A stretch of DNA of 64,000 nucleotides, from NCBI RefSeq assembly GCF_009914755.1, contig NC_060928.1; one strand, 5' to 3'. The notes beneath the pieces were generated by a model. That model was not told where the DNA came from. It worked only from the letters and a program-made list of their open reading frames with translations, and ran no database searches. Below are positions 27,584 to 41,339 of this stretch, piece after piece. How positions within the stretch are numbered: position 1 is the stretch's first letter; each line of letters starts with the position of its first letter. A program made the translations under genes and the position numbers. Source of the stretch: the human T2T-CHM13v2.0 reference genome, Homo sapiens.

Positions 27584-28389
27584 TTAAGAAATAACAACAA
27601 AATAACAAAAAGAAAATACGTTAAGGTTAAATTTTCAGGATATTTTATCTTGGGTTGGAGATCTCAAGAACTCCATGTCCTCGGACTAATTCCATATAAT
27701 ATTATATCACTGGCAAAAATGAGTCTTCAAAAGAACAAATTATTTATGTAATCATATTTATTTTAATCTCATGGCTTTTACAGCATTCTATCTTCTCCTA
27801 GAGAACCAGACACACAAAAAACCCTAATGCAAGTAATTATGTAAATAACATATGCATTATTCATCATTGTCTTTTTAGCTATTATGCATACAATTGTTTC
27901 CTGAGCTGATTATACTTCCGCTTGTCTTTTAGACTCAGACACATTTAATATCTATCTAGCAAAGTTGTTTTAAGAGATATGGCAATCTATCTACAATTAT
28001 TTGAATGGTAACTGTTGTAGTTATTGTAGCTAGTGTCTTTCTCAGCCTCCGCTTCAAAAACACTTTAATAATGGCATTTTAAAATTAAAATTTCTATCAA
28101 AATATTTTGTAATATTTTTAGAAAGACAGGATATCTGCTGAGTTCGTGGATACACTTCTAAAGTCTGAAGTGAGGCAATTACATAAATTCTAATAAATAT
28201 CAAACAATTTCATATCTGCTCAGTCAAGCCTGTGTTTGTGTGCCTAACTTGTGAAAAATTAATTGAGAATTTTCAATGCATGTATTGAGGACATTAACTC
28301 TACTCTGATTTCTTCAATGAATTCCTATGTGTGCATTCCTTAAGTACCTTCAGATACTTTTAAACATGGAGTTCTGATGATAGCTTTGC

Positions 28390-28975
28390 TACCCACTGAA
28401 AACAGTGTGAAGGTTCCCAAAAAATTAAAAATAGAACTACCATACGATCCAGCAGTCCCACTTCTGGGTATAGATCCAAAGGAAACGAAATCAGTATGTT
28501 GGAGAGATATCTGCACCTTCATGTTCATTGCAGCATTATTCACAGTAGCCAAGATATGGACACAATCTATGTGTCCATTGTAGAAAAATGGATAAAGGAA
28601 ATGTTTATGCACACACACAAACACACACACACATATTCGTGTGTCTCTGTGTGTATGTGTATGTTTTTATGACTGAATAATCCACTCTATGTGTGTGGTA
28701 ATATTCTTCACATAGAGTGGAATATTATTCAGCCATAAAAAGAAGGAAATATTGCCATTTGTAACAGCCTGGATGAACCTGGAAGACATCATGCTAAACT
28801 AAACAAGCCAGATGCAGAAAGACAAATACTTCATGATCTCAATGATATGTGGAAACTAAAAAATGTCAAACTTGGAGAAGCAAATAATAGAATGGAGGTT
28901 ACCAGGGGTCCGAAGGTAGAGGAAATGAAGAGATATGCATCAAAGGGTACAGGCTTTCTTTGTAAGATAAACAAG
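28390..28975 (+). mobile_element. Older L1MA 3' region, cut by the L1PB insertion
   Basis: aaaattaaaaatagaactaccatacgatccagcagtcccacttctgggta...ggatgaacctggaagacatc...caaagggtaca...gtaagataaacaag. Confidence 0.88.
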
Positions 28976-31517
28976 GAGTCAGGGGCAAGATGACCGACTA
29001 GAAGCCACCAGAGGGCCCCTCTTCCATGAAGAGGAACCAAAATATCAAGAAACCTTCATAATTCAAACAGATCTTTGGGGAGAAAATACTGAGGGTCAAT
29101 AGAGGGGACACAGACACCATGGATTAAAAGGGAAGGAGCAAGGCACCCTGCTAATAGCTGCTGGGATCCCCTGGACCCAGACTGGACCGAAGGAGAGGGT
29201 GAGTGAAGGAACTTGGGGTTACTACATCCCTGCAATGGACTCCTGAGATTTTAGCTACAGGAGTTCTCATGACCCCCCATAAAGAGTTGTACTGGCAGGG
29301 GGAGCTCTCATGACCCCCACAGAAAATTGGATTGATAAGGGGAGCTGCTCGGAGACCAAGCAGAGGCCAGCTTGAACCAGCATGGAGCCCAGAAGGCTTT
29401 GCTGTGCTGTGCAGATGCAGCATAGTGTGAACATAGGTGCCCATCTCCAAGGCTTTCCACCTTGTACTGAGCAGCTACAACCCCTGCTGTCTGCCAGCTG
29501 GGAGAGGGCAGGGCCCAGGACAGGCCCCACTGCCATTGCTGCAGGGCCGAGGTGCATTTGCTCCATGCTCCCCATTACCTGCAGGTCCCTTCCAAGACTG
29601 CCTGCCTGGCTGCTCCCAAGGGAGGGTGCCCACAGCACAGTCTCCACTGCCCCACATACAGGAGTGTGATGCGGGTTTGTGTGCCAGAGGAGGAGCAGGG
29701 CACTCCTCCCCTCTCAAGACCAGCCTGGGAAGTATGTGGCCTGATAGCCAAGAATTCTCCCTCAAGGAGTCCCATGGCCTGAAACACCTAAAACAGCTTA
29801 GCAATCTGAGTGCAAACGGAACAAGACTTAGCAGGTAGGGCCTGCTGCGGGGCAGGGGCTGGACAGAGACCCACCAGGTCAGGGGAGCACTAGCTAGGCA
29901 GGCTCCATGGTTGCCTGCTGGGCTGAAAACCCCAGTCTGTGGGCACCATTCTGGTTGTGCAACTGTGGTGCCACTTCCCTGCCCAGTAGTCTTCCACCCC
30001 TAAGCCACTGTGTCACCAGACCACGTGCTAATATACCCTATGACCAGGTTTGACTCTGGCAAGCACAGGGAGCCAGTGGGTCACCATGGAGTTGCAGGTC
30101 CTGTGGTGTCCTAACCCTCAATGCAGTTGGCCCCTGAAGTGTGAGGGAGTACAGCTCATCAATGTCAGTCTTGAGACAAAGGAAACATGAACATGGCACT
30201 AGTCACTGAAGGAAGCACCACCAAAGCTTCTGAATGGGCTTGGAGTCATCTCTTGCTCCTCCTCTTCCCCCTCCAATGCACTGTTGCAAACAAGGCAGTG
30301 GCTCTTCCAATTGGGACCTGATAAGCATGTGCTGAAAGAGGCTACTTACTGAGATTCTCCAGCAGCTCCATTGGGGCTGAAGGTGAGGGTGAGCTGGGGG
30401 ATGGTGCTTTTCAGGCTTCTCTGGCCCTTCAGTGGGCAGTTATTGCTAAGAGCCTACCTATTGGCTCTTACTATCATGCATCACCTATTGGATTACAGTT
30501 GAATTACACCACCAAACAAATACTACAAAAAGCAATGCCTGGGAAACCCCCTGCCTACTGGAACCTATCTCCCTACTGGAACATACCCAGAAATGAACCC
30601 AACCCATCATACACAACATACACCACAGTCATATCCTAAAGGGACAAAAGAATAAAAAAATAAAAAGCCCCATTCAAACAACAGCAAATTCAAAAATAAA
30701 AATAAGTATCAGCTCCCTCTGATAAGAAGGAATCAGTGCAAGAACTCTGGAAATATAAGAAGTCAGAGTGTTTTATCACCTCCAAAGAGTCACACTAGCT
30801 CCCTAGCAATGGATCCTAACCAGACTGAAATGTCTGAAATGACAGATACAGAATTCAGAATATAGATGGCAAGAAAACTCAGCGAAATCCAAGAAAGAGT
30901 TGAAATCCAACCCAAAGAAGCCAGAAAAGTGATCCAGGATTTGAAAGACAACATAGTTATAATAAGAAAAAAACAGACTTTTGGAATTGAAAATTTTAAT
31001 GCAGAAATTTCAAAATACAGTTTGAAGCCTTAAAAACAGACTAGACAAAGCAAAAGAAAGAATTTCAGAGCTCAAAGACCAGTCCTTTGAATCAACCCAG
31101 TCAAAGATAAATAAGAAAGAATTTTAAAAAATGAACAAAGCTTCCAAGAAATGTGGGATTATGTAAAGCGACCAAACCAACAACTAATTGAAATCCCTGA
31201 GAGAGAAGAGAAAGTAAACAACTTGGAACATATATTTGAGGATAAAATCCATGGAAGTTTCACCAATCTTGCTAGAGAAGTAGACCTGCAGATATAAGAA
31301 ATACAAAAAAAACTCCTGCAAAATTCTCTGCAAGACAACCATAACCAAGCCACATAATCATCAGATTTTCCAAGGTTAACACAAAAGAAAAAAATGTCTT
31401 AAAGGCAGCTGAAGAAAAGGACCATGTTAACCAAAAGGGGAAATCTCATCAGACTAACAGCAGACTATTCCGCAGAAATCTTACAAGCCAGATGAGATTG
31501 AAGCCTTTTTTCAGCAT

Positions 31518-31519
<2 letters not shown>

Positions 31520-31552
<33 letters not shown>

Positions 31553-31832
31553 AGACAGAGTCTCGCTTTGTTGCTCAGGCTGGAGTGCAGTGGCGGAATT
31601 TCGGCTCACTGCACCTCCGCCTCCTGGGTTCAAGTGATTCTCATGCCTCAGCCTCCCAGGTAGCTGTGGTTACAAGCATGTGCCACCACGCCTGGCTCAT
31701 TTTTGTATTTTTAGTAGAGATGGGGTTTCACCATCTTGGCCAGGCTGGTCTCGAACTCCTGACCTCAAGTGATCCACCTGCCTCGGCCTCCCAAAGTGCT
31801 GGGATTACAGGCATGAGCCACTGCGCCTAGCC
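31520..31832 (-). mobile_element. AluS inserted in L1 ORF1
   Basis: Long poly-T followed by a reverse Alu, with TSD ttttcagcattctt on both sides. Confidence 0.97.
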
Positions 31833-31981
31833 TGTTTTCAGCATTCTTAAAGAAAAGAAACTCCTGCCAAGAATTTCATATCCCACCAAACCATGCTTCG
31901 TAAACTAAAGAGAAATAAACTCTTTCCTAGCCAATCAATCATGCAGTCACTAAGGGAATTCATCCCTACAAGACATGCTTA

Positions 31982-32359
<378 letters not shown>

Positions 32360-35300
32360 TCAAGACTACAAAGTAACTCAGTCAACACCGTGACAGGAAC
32401 AAACCTTCAGATATCAGTATTAACCTTGAATGTAAGTGGCCTAAAAGATCCAACTAAAAAACATAGAGTGGCAAATTGGATTTTTTAAAAGCCCAACCTT
32501 CTGCTGTCTTCAAGAGATCCATCTCTCATGTAATAACATCCATAAGCTCAAAGTAAAGGGATAAAGTTCAATCATGCAAATAGAAAATGAAAAAAAGCAG
32601 GGGTCATTATTCTTAGATAAAACCAACTTTAAACCAACAACAGTTAAATTGACAAAGAAAAGAATTACATAATGATAAAGGTTTCAATTTTAAAAGAAGG
32701 CTTACTGATGCTAAATACATACATACCCAATATGGGAACACCCAGATTTATAAAACAATTATTCTTAGGCCTAAAAAAAGTTTTAGACAGCCACACTATA
32801 ATAGTGAAGGACTTCCAATGCCACATTGACAACATTAGACAGCATTAGCATTAGCATTAGACTGAGGCAAAAACTAAAAATGACATCTGTATTTAAATAC
32901 AAGACTTAATCAATTGGACCAATAGACATTTACAGAATATTCCACCCAACAATTACAGAATATACATTCTCTGTTCTGCACATGGAATATACTCTAAGAC
33001 TGACCACAAGCTGAGTCATAAAGCAAGTCTTAAAAAGTTCAAAAATATTTAAATCATATCACACATCTTCTTAGCCCACAGTAGAATAAAAATAGAAATC
33101 AGTACCAAGAGGAATTCTCAAAACTACACAGTTACCTGGAAACTAAATATCTTGCTCAGAATAACTTGGGTCAACAACCAAATTAAACAAGAAATTTAAA
33201 ATTATTTGGGATCTGGCAAAAGTAATGTTAAGAGGAAAGCTTACAGTGCTAAGCACCTGCATTAAGAAGAAGAAAGAGCTAAAATTAAAAACATAATGTA
33301 TTACCTAAAGAAATTAGAAAAACAAGAACAAATTAACCTAAAGGTAGCAATTGAAAAGAAATAACAAAAGACAGAGCAGAACTAAACAAAATGGAGACAA
33401 AAAAGTCATACCAAGGATCAACAAAATGAAGTTGACTTTTTGAAAGGATAAAAGATTGGTAGACCCACTAACTAGATTAACAAAGAAAACAAAGAGAGAA
33501 AATCCAAACAAATGCAATCAGAAATGACAAAGGTGACATTACAAACAATCCCACAGAATACAAAAGATCCTCTGACACTACTGTGAATCTTTATATGCAC
33601 AAGCTAGAAAATCTAGAGGAAGTGGATAAATTTCTGGAAACACACAACCTCCCAAGATTGAACCAGAAAGAAATAGCAACCTGAACAGAACAATAATGAG
33701 TTATGGTATTGAATCAGTAATAAAAAAAAAAAACCTACCAACCAAGGAAAGCCCTGGACCAAATGGACTCGCAGCGAAATCCTACCAGATGTGCAAAGAC
33801 GAGCTGGTACCAATTCTACTGAAACAATTATAAGACAATAAGAAAGAGGAATTCCATCATAACTTACTCTATGAATCCAATATAAGTCTGATACCAAAAT
33901 CTGCAAGTGACACATGAAAAAAAAAAAAGAAAGAAAAGAAAGAAAACTACAGGCCAATATCCCTGATGAACATAGATGCAAAAATATTCAATATTCAACA
34001 AAATACTAGGAAACTGAATCCAGCAGCACGTAAAAACATAATCCATCACAGTCAAGTGAGCTTTATTCCTGGGATGCAAGGATGATTCAACCTATGTAAG
34101 TCAATAAATGTGACTGACCACCTATGCAGAATTAAAGGCAAATGGATTCACAGCCAAATTCTACCAGACATACAAAGAAGAGCTGGTCCAATTATACTGA
34201 AATTATTTCAAAAACTCAAGGAAGAGGAACTCCCCCCTAACTTATTCTACAGAGCCAGATATCCCCTGATACCAAAACCTGGCAAAGATACAATGTAAAG
34301 AGAAAACTGCAGGCCAATGTCTCTGATGAAGACAAATGCAAAATTCCTCAAGAAAATACTAGCAAACTGAATTCAACAGCATATCAAACAGTTAATTCAC
34401 CACGATAAATAGGATTTACTCTTGGGACGCAAGGATAGTTCAACATATGCAAATCAATAAATGTATTTCATCACATAAATGGAATTAAAAACAAAATCAT
34501 ATGACCATCTCAATAGATGTTGAAAAAGCTTTCAATAAAATCCAACATCCCTTCAGGATAAAAACCTTCAAGAAAGTAGGCACTGAAAGAACATACATCA
34601 AAATAATAAGGGCCACTATGACAAACCCACAGTCAATATCATACTGAATGGGTAAAAGTTGGAAGTATTCCTCCTAAGAATTGGATCATGACAGGATGTC
34701 CATCCTCACCACTGCTATTCAACATAGAATAACCCTAAAGATTCTGCCAAAAGACTCATAGACCTGATAAGTGATTTCAGTAAAGTTTCAGGACACAAAA
34801 TCAAAATATAAAATAAGCAGCATTTCTATCCATCAATAACATTCAAACTGAGAATGAAATAAATAACACAATCCCATCTACAACAGACACACACACAAAA
34901 ATATCTAGGAAGTCAAATATCTGTACGAGAAGAACTATGAAACATTGCTAAAAGAAATCATAGATGACACAAAAATTGGCAGACATCCATGCTTGTGGAT
35001 TGGAAGAATCAATATTGTTAAAATGTCCATACTTCCCAAAGCAATAAACAGATTCAACACAATTTCCGCCAAATCACCAACATCATTCTTCACAGAATTA
35101 GAAAAAGAAAACTATTCTAAAATTTCCAAATGGAACAAAAAATAGCTCAAATAGCCAAAGCAATCCTAGGAAACAAGAGCGAAGCCAGAGATATCGCATT
35201 ACCCAACTTCATAACATAATACAATAATATAATACAAGCCTATGGTAACCAAAACAGCATGATACTGGTACAAAAATAGCTATATAGGCCAATAAAATGG

Positions 35301-35846
35301 AATAGAAAACATAGAAACAATGCCATACACACCTAGAAGCAACTGATCTTTGGCAAAGTCAAAGAAAAAATGAGCAAAAGACACCCTATTCAATAAATGG
35401 TCCTGGGGAAAATGGCTAACAATATGCAAAAGAATTAAACTCTACTCCTATCTTTTACCATTTAGACAGATTAACTCAAGATGGATTAAAGACTTAAATG
35501 TAAGATATCAAACTACAAAAATCCTAGAAGAAAAAAAATCCTAGAAGAAAACTTAGGAAAACCTGGACATTGCCCTTGGCAAATAATTTATGACTAAGTC
35601 CTCAACAGCAAACATGACAAAAACTGATAATTGAGACCTGCTTAAACCAAAAAGCTTCTGCACAGCACAAGAGATCAAAAGAACAAACAGACAACCTACA
35701 GGAGGAGAGAAAATACATGCAAACTCTGCATCTGGCAAATGACTAATTGTCAGAAACTGCAATTAACTTAAAACAAATCAACAAAAGTAATAATTCCATT
35801 AAAAAGTGGGCAAAGTATATGAACAGACACTTCTCAAAAGAAGATA

Positions 35847-36148
<302 letters not shown>

Positions 36149-36886
36149 AGACATGCAAACATCACACCCAACAAACATATGAAAAATGTTCATCATTACT
36201 AATCATCAGAGTACTATACATCACAACCAAGAGATTTTTATTTGATATCAGTCAGAATGGCCACCATCAAAAAGTCAAACAATAACAGATGTGTTGAGGC
36301 TACAGAGAACAGAGAATGCTTATACACTGTTTGTAAGAATATAAATTAGTTCAGATACTATGAAAAGCAGTTTGGCGATTTCTCAAATAACTAAAAATAG
36401 ACTTACCAACCTATCTAGAAATTTAATTACTGGATATATACCCAATGGAAAATAAATTATTCTGTCAAAACGACACCTGCACCCACATGTTTACCCCAGC
36501 ACTATTCACAGTAGCAAATACATGGAACCAACAAAAATGCCCATCAAGAGTGGATTGGATGAAACAAATGTGGTACATGTACACCATGGAATACTATTGA
36601 ACCATAAAAAGAATGAAATCACATCTAATGCAGCAAAGTGGATGCAGCTGGAGGCCATTATCCTAAGAAAATTAATGCAGGAACAGAAAACCAAATACCA
36701 CATGTTCTCACTTATAAGTGGGAGCTAAATATTGGGCACACATGGATATAAAGATGGGAACAATAGACACTTGGGACTGCAAAAGTGGAGAAGACAGGGA
36801 GGGTAGCTAGGGTCGATAAACTATCTATTGGGTACTATGTTCACTATTTGGGTGACAGGATCAATAGAAGCCCAAACTTCAGCACC

Positions 36887-36960
36887 AGCCAAGACTATGC
36901 CATTGCACTCCCGCCTGGGCCATAGAGCGAGACTCCATCTCAAAACAATAACAACAACAA

Positions 36961-36995
<35 letters not shown>

Positions 36996-36996
36996 A
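36887..36996 (+). mobile_element. Alu 3'-terminal ~55 bp plus (CAA)n(TAAA)n tail, fused to the L1PB 3'UTR
   Basis: agccaagactatgccattgcactcccgcctgggccatagagcgagactccatctc. Confidence 0.9.
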
Positions 36997-36997
36997 G

Positions 36998-37330
36998 TGC
37001 AGAAATTTATTTCTCACAGTTTGAGAGGCTGGGAAGTTCAAGATCAAGGCACTGGGAGGATTTGTGTCAGGTGAGGGCCCATTTCATAGATGACATCTTC
37101 TCTTGGAGTCCTCACATGGTGGAAGCATAAGGGCAAAAAGGGCCTAAGCTAATTCCCACCAGCCCTTTGTATAAGGCACTTATCCATTCTTGAGGTCAGA
37201 GCCTTAATCACTTCCCAAAAGGCCATTTCACTTCTTAATACCACTACAACACCTCCCACAAGGTACCTTAAAACCACAAGGTTTTAAGTTCCAACATAAG
37301 TTTTGGAGGGGCCACGTTCAAACTGTAGCA
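36998..37330 (-). mobile_element. MST-type MaLR LTR, one end missing
   Basis: cagaaatttatttctcacagtttgagaggctgggaagttcaagatcaaggcac...gtcctcacatggtggaag...ttttggaggggccacgttcaaactgtagca. Confidence 0.85.
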
Positions 37331-38579
37331 AATATAAATAGTGAATTATCCTCAGTACACAGTACACAGTGATAAATAGCGAATTTATCCTCAGTACACA
37401 ACCACTTCGTTTGAGCCAAGGCTACATGTTACTTATACTACAAGCTATTTTTTCATCAGGGCCTGGTATAGTTCTAACAATTCTCCCATGGATGGTAATG
37501 GTGACAATTCATAGTAATATTGTGATTTTTCTCACTTCAGCCTTCAAAAGAAGGTAGTGAGAAGAAATTCATCTGCCACGCTCTAGATGGTCATAATCAT
37601 GCAGAGTGAAATTGGTAGGTATTTTCACAGGCCTATTCCAAAGTGTATGGCAAGGTCTTAGAAAAGAAAACCTTTACATTATTGTATGATTCCATGTATG
37701 AAGTGTCCAAAACCAGAGAAAAGTATATTATTGTTACATATACATATATGTTAAAACTATTAAGGTTCAAAAAAAGTTAGTATAATTGTTGGTTGGGATC
37801 CTGGAGACTTCGGAGCTTCTGTCAATATATTACTTAACTTGCGTGGTAGTTCAATATGTGCTTTCTGTATAATTTTTTTAAAATTGTACATATACATATA
37901 TACATGTTTCATGCAATCTGCAATTTTTGTTTGATATTTTACTGGAAAAAATAATAACAGAGACAAAAAACATATGGCTTAATCATTACTTCTTTCCCAA
38001 CCCCACTTGCTGTAAAGATTAACTAGATCATACATAAACACCCGTGATTTATCTCCACAAGCCCATTATAATATTCCCACCTTATATTTAAGTCTTCTTC
38101 ATTAGACTGTGAGCTTTTGTTAGGAAGTAATTGTACTTTGTCACTTTCAAACTCTGTAACCTAGAATACAGCATGCCGTCTTGTAGCCCCCCTGAATAAA
38201 CGCTTCTTTAGAGATTTAATAAATCAAGCAATCATTCAGTTTAAAGGAAACACAGTAATCATGGGTTAGAGGAAAGATTTTAGAGTAAATCTTTAGAGAA
38301 ATTATTTATCTTCTCTCAGTGTTAATTTTCTTACAGTTAAAATATGTATGATACATTTACCTCATGGGATCTGGCAATTTCAAAGGTTAACATATCAAAT
38401 ACAATAACTATAGAATTATACAAACTATGACATCTTTGAGGGTAAAAGGGGGCATTTAAAGCAATCAAAATTATATAATTTTGAAATACTGATTAGCAAA
38501 ATACTGTAATATATCATTGGTCTTGTAAAGTTGTGCTATTTAAAAAACATGTTCAAGAAATTACATGTATTTATGCACA

Positions 38580-38885
38580 TGATATGGTTAGGCTTTGTGT
38601 CCCCACCCAAATCTCATCTTGAATTGTAATCCTCATAATCTCCACATGCCAAGGGAGACACCAGGTGGAGATAATATCATGGGGGTGGTTTCCTCCATGC
38701 TGTACTTATGATAGTGAGGGAATTCTCACAAAATCTGATGGCTTTATAAAGAGCTCTTCCCCCTTCACTTAGCACTTCTCCTTCCTGCTGCCTTGTGAAG
38801 AAGATGCCTTGCTTCCCCTTCACTTTCTGCCATGATTGTAAGTTTTTTGAGGCTTCTCCAGCCATGCTGAACTGTGAGTCAACTA
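38580..38885 (+). mobile_element. THE1D-like MaLR LTR, 3'-truncated
   Basis: tgatatggttaggctttgtgtccccacccaaatctcatcttgaattgtaat...ccagccatgctgaactgtgagtcaa; lacks the terminal ~60 bp. Confidence 0.9.
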
Positions 38886-41339
38886 GAGCTTTTATTGCTT
38901 GGCAAAAATTATGAATTATGTGCTTCTTCAAACCAGTACCAAGTTTTCCAATTTAGTAAGACATGGTTTTTACTTCATTGCCATGCTCTTTCATATATGT
39001 ATTTGCATTATCACTGCAAACACATATACCTTATCTTAATATGAAATAATTCATTGAATTTATAATAGCACACATACTAATTTCAGAGGTTTCATTTTCA
39101 GTGAATAATTCTTTAAAAGTGAATTCTTGATTCTGTGACTTGGAATGGGAAAAAATTAATTGTTGTTAGAATGTGCTGATTTTCTTTTGGAAGCATCTGA
39201 TGATGCAGATATAAAAGAGTTTGAAAAATTTTCTGTTAATATAATTCATGGCTATTGCATCCATTTTCATACATCTGTGCGTATACATACACACTTTGAA
39301 CAAAAGATAAGCAACATTAATTTAGAAAAGTATCTAATACACACCAAAAATCATGCAGACAGAATGCTTTATATATGCTTTCTGCAGTAGGCCATGTTAA
39401 ATCATTGCTACAATCTTCTAAGAATAATTACTAAACTTTAAATTACTGGTTGATGCTTTGTCAGCATTGTCTTGGTTTTTATTTCATCAGTGCAGCCTTT
39501 ATATTGGTTGATTCATGTCAACAAATATTTTGTCTTAAGTTTTTCATTAAACATACAATTTTGAAAAAATTTGGGCATGTTAATGAAAGAATTCATTACA
39601 ACATTAAAAATACTAATTGTATGTACATATTTATATAATTATATATATGATTATAGGTCTACATTGCACAATGTGTAACTAAATGACTGTAGTAAGAACG
39701 CTTAAAGTGTTCTTTGTAAACCCTACAGCACAGCTGCTCAACCCTTATTTATCATGCATGTTTCATATATACTTAACTATATTTTCCCATGTTCCTCAAT
39801 CACTGTGATTACTGGCAAACTAACACCTTCATGATCTTTTAGGCAATACCACATCCTTTTAATTTGAGGGAATGCCTTTACACTGTACTCTTTAGACATT
39901 AAAACCTGACTATCTTGGCAGTGCAAATTTTTTGATCTTGATCCTTGGTTACAGTGGAGTATCCTGGTTTCTTCTCCCCAGGCCTCTAGATGGGGCTGCT
40001 GATCCCTTGTCAGGACTCTTTATTTTCACCTATATCTTACATATGATTCTCAACCTTAAGACTATGGATCATTTTAATGGACAACAAGGGCCTAACTATT
40101 TATTTGACCCAAATAATATGACCCAGTACTGGTGGGAGATTGAGGAATATGATGTCCAGCATGTCTCTGTCTCACCTGGAGTCACACTGGCCTAAAAGCT
40201 TGTTGCACCAGCTTCAAGTCTGGTTTCCAAACATCCTATAATAACATAAATCCCAAGCCACAGCAATCTGCCTTGCTTCCTTTTCTCTTCACCTCACTGA
40301 TGAAGGGCTTCCCTAGGGCTGCCTACTTTCCCCCATCCTGCCAACAAGGTATACATACTCTGTGTAGATATTAGATGACTCTCTCGGGCTCAGTCATCAT
40401 GAAGGGGAGGGAACATTAGTTCTAGGATCGGTTTTTCTTTGTTTACTCTTATCTCTCCAATATCATATCTTCCTGTTTATAAATGCCTTTTTTTTTAAAT
40501 AGCAAATCTATCCTCTCCATACTTTATTGGGCTTTCCACAGTAGCAAGGAACTTGAGATTTCCTGCATTTGGGCGTGTGTGAAAGTACTACTTAAGGGTA
40601 CACTTTGCCTGGCTGTCATATTACAATACATTTTTGGTGATGGTTTGCTAAAAATAAGCAGTAAAATGGGGCTTATTTGTGTGGTCTAAGAAAGAAGGAA
40701 TCTACATGGGAAGTGGCCTGGATATAATAACTGGATTTTTAGCATTTTCACCCCAGGAGTATCGGTATATGGCTGGGCCCTCAGTTGTTTCCTTCCTAAC
40801 AAAATAAAAGCAGGTCACCAAACAAACCAAACTAAGACAAAAAAAATCTCCTACCAGCACTGGGCATCAGGAGTTAGCAGTCCCTAGACAGTTCATATAT
40901 AGCTGAGAGCACTTCACTTCATCAGCAAGCATTTTATGCTTCCTTTTAGAGAGGTTTAGTTAATCTTTGTCTATAAAGCAATGTGGGGGAGAGGATGGTT
41001 ACTATTATTTTATCATTACTAATCAGCTTATGCTTAGAACCACATGTTAAAATAAGAATCCTTTTTACTGCCCAGGTATCTCACATAGGACTGTTTGAAA
41101 CCACAACAGAAACTCAAAGTACAGTGTGGGAGATGCCAAACCCATTCAAGCTTATTTTAATATAAATGTTAAAAATGAAAAATTTAGAACAAACGGTAAA
41201 CTAGACAGAATGCAAGGTTAACTTGCAAAAAAAGGCATTCTCTGAGAAAGCACAGTTGTAAAGCTACCTTAAACATAGAATGTCTAATATTTGCCTGGAA
41301 AAAAAGCTAGTGCTCTCTTTCTGTTTTTATTTCTTTTTT

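Noticed and set aside
29151-29838. Cluster of overlapping 70-133 aa ORFs in GC-rich sequence, resembling a gene or CpG island
   Set aside because: It lies in the GC-rich 5'UTR of the L1PB element. CpGs are depleted and the ORFs are a by-product of base composition.
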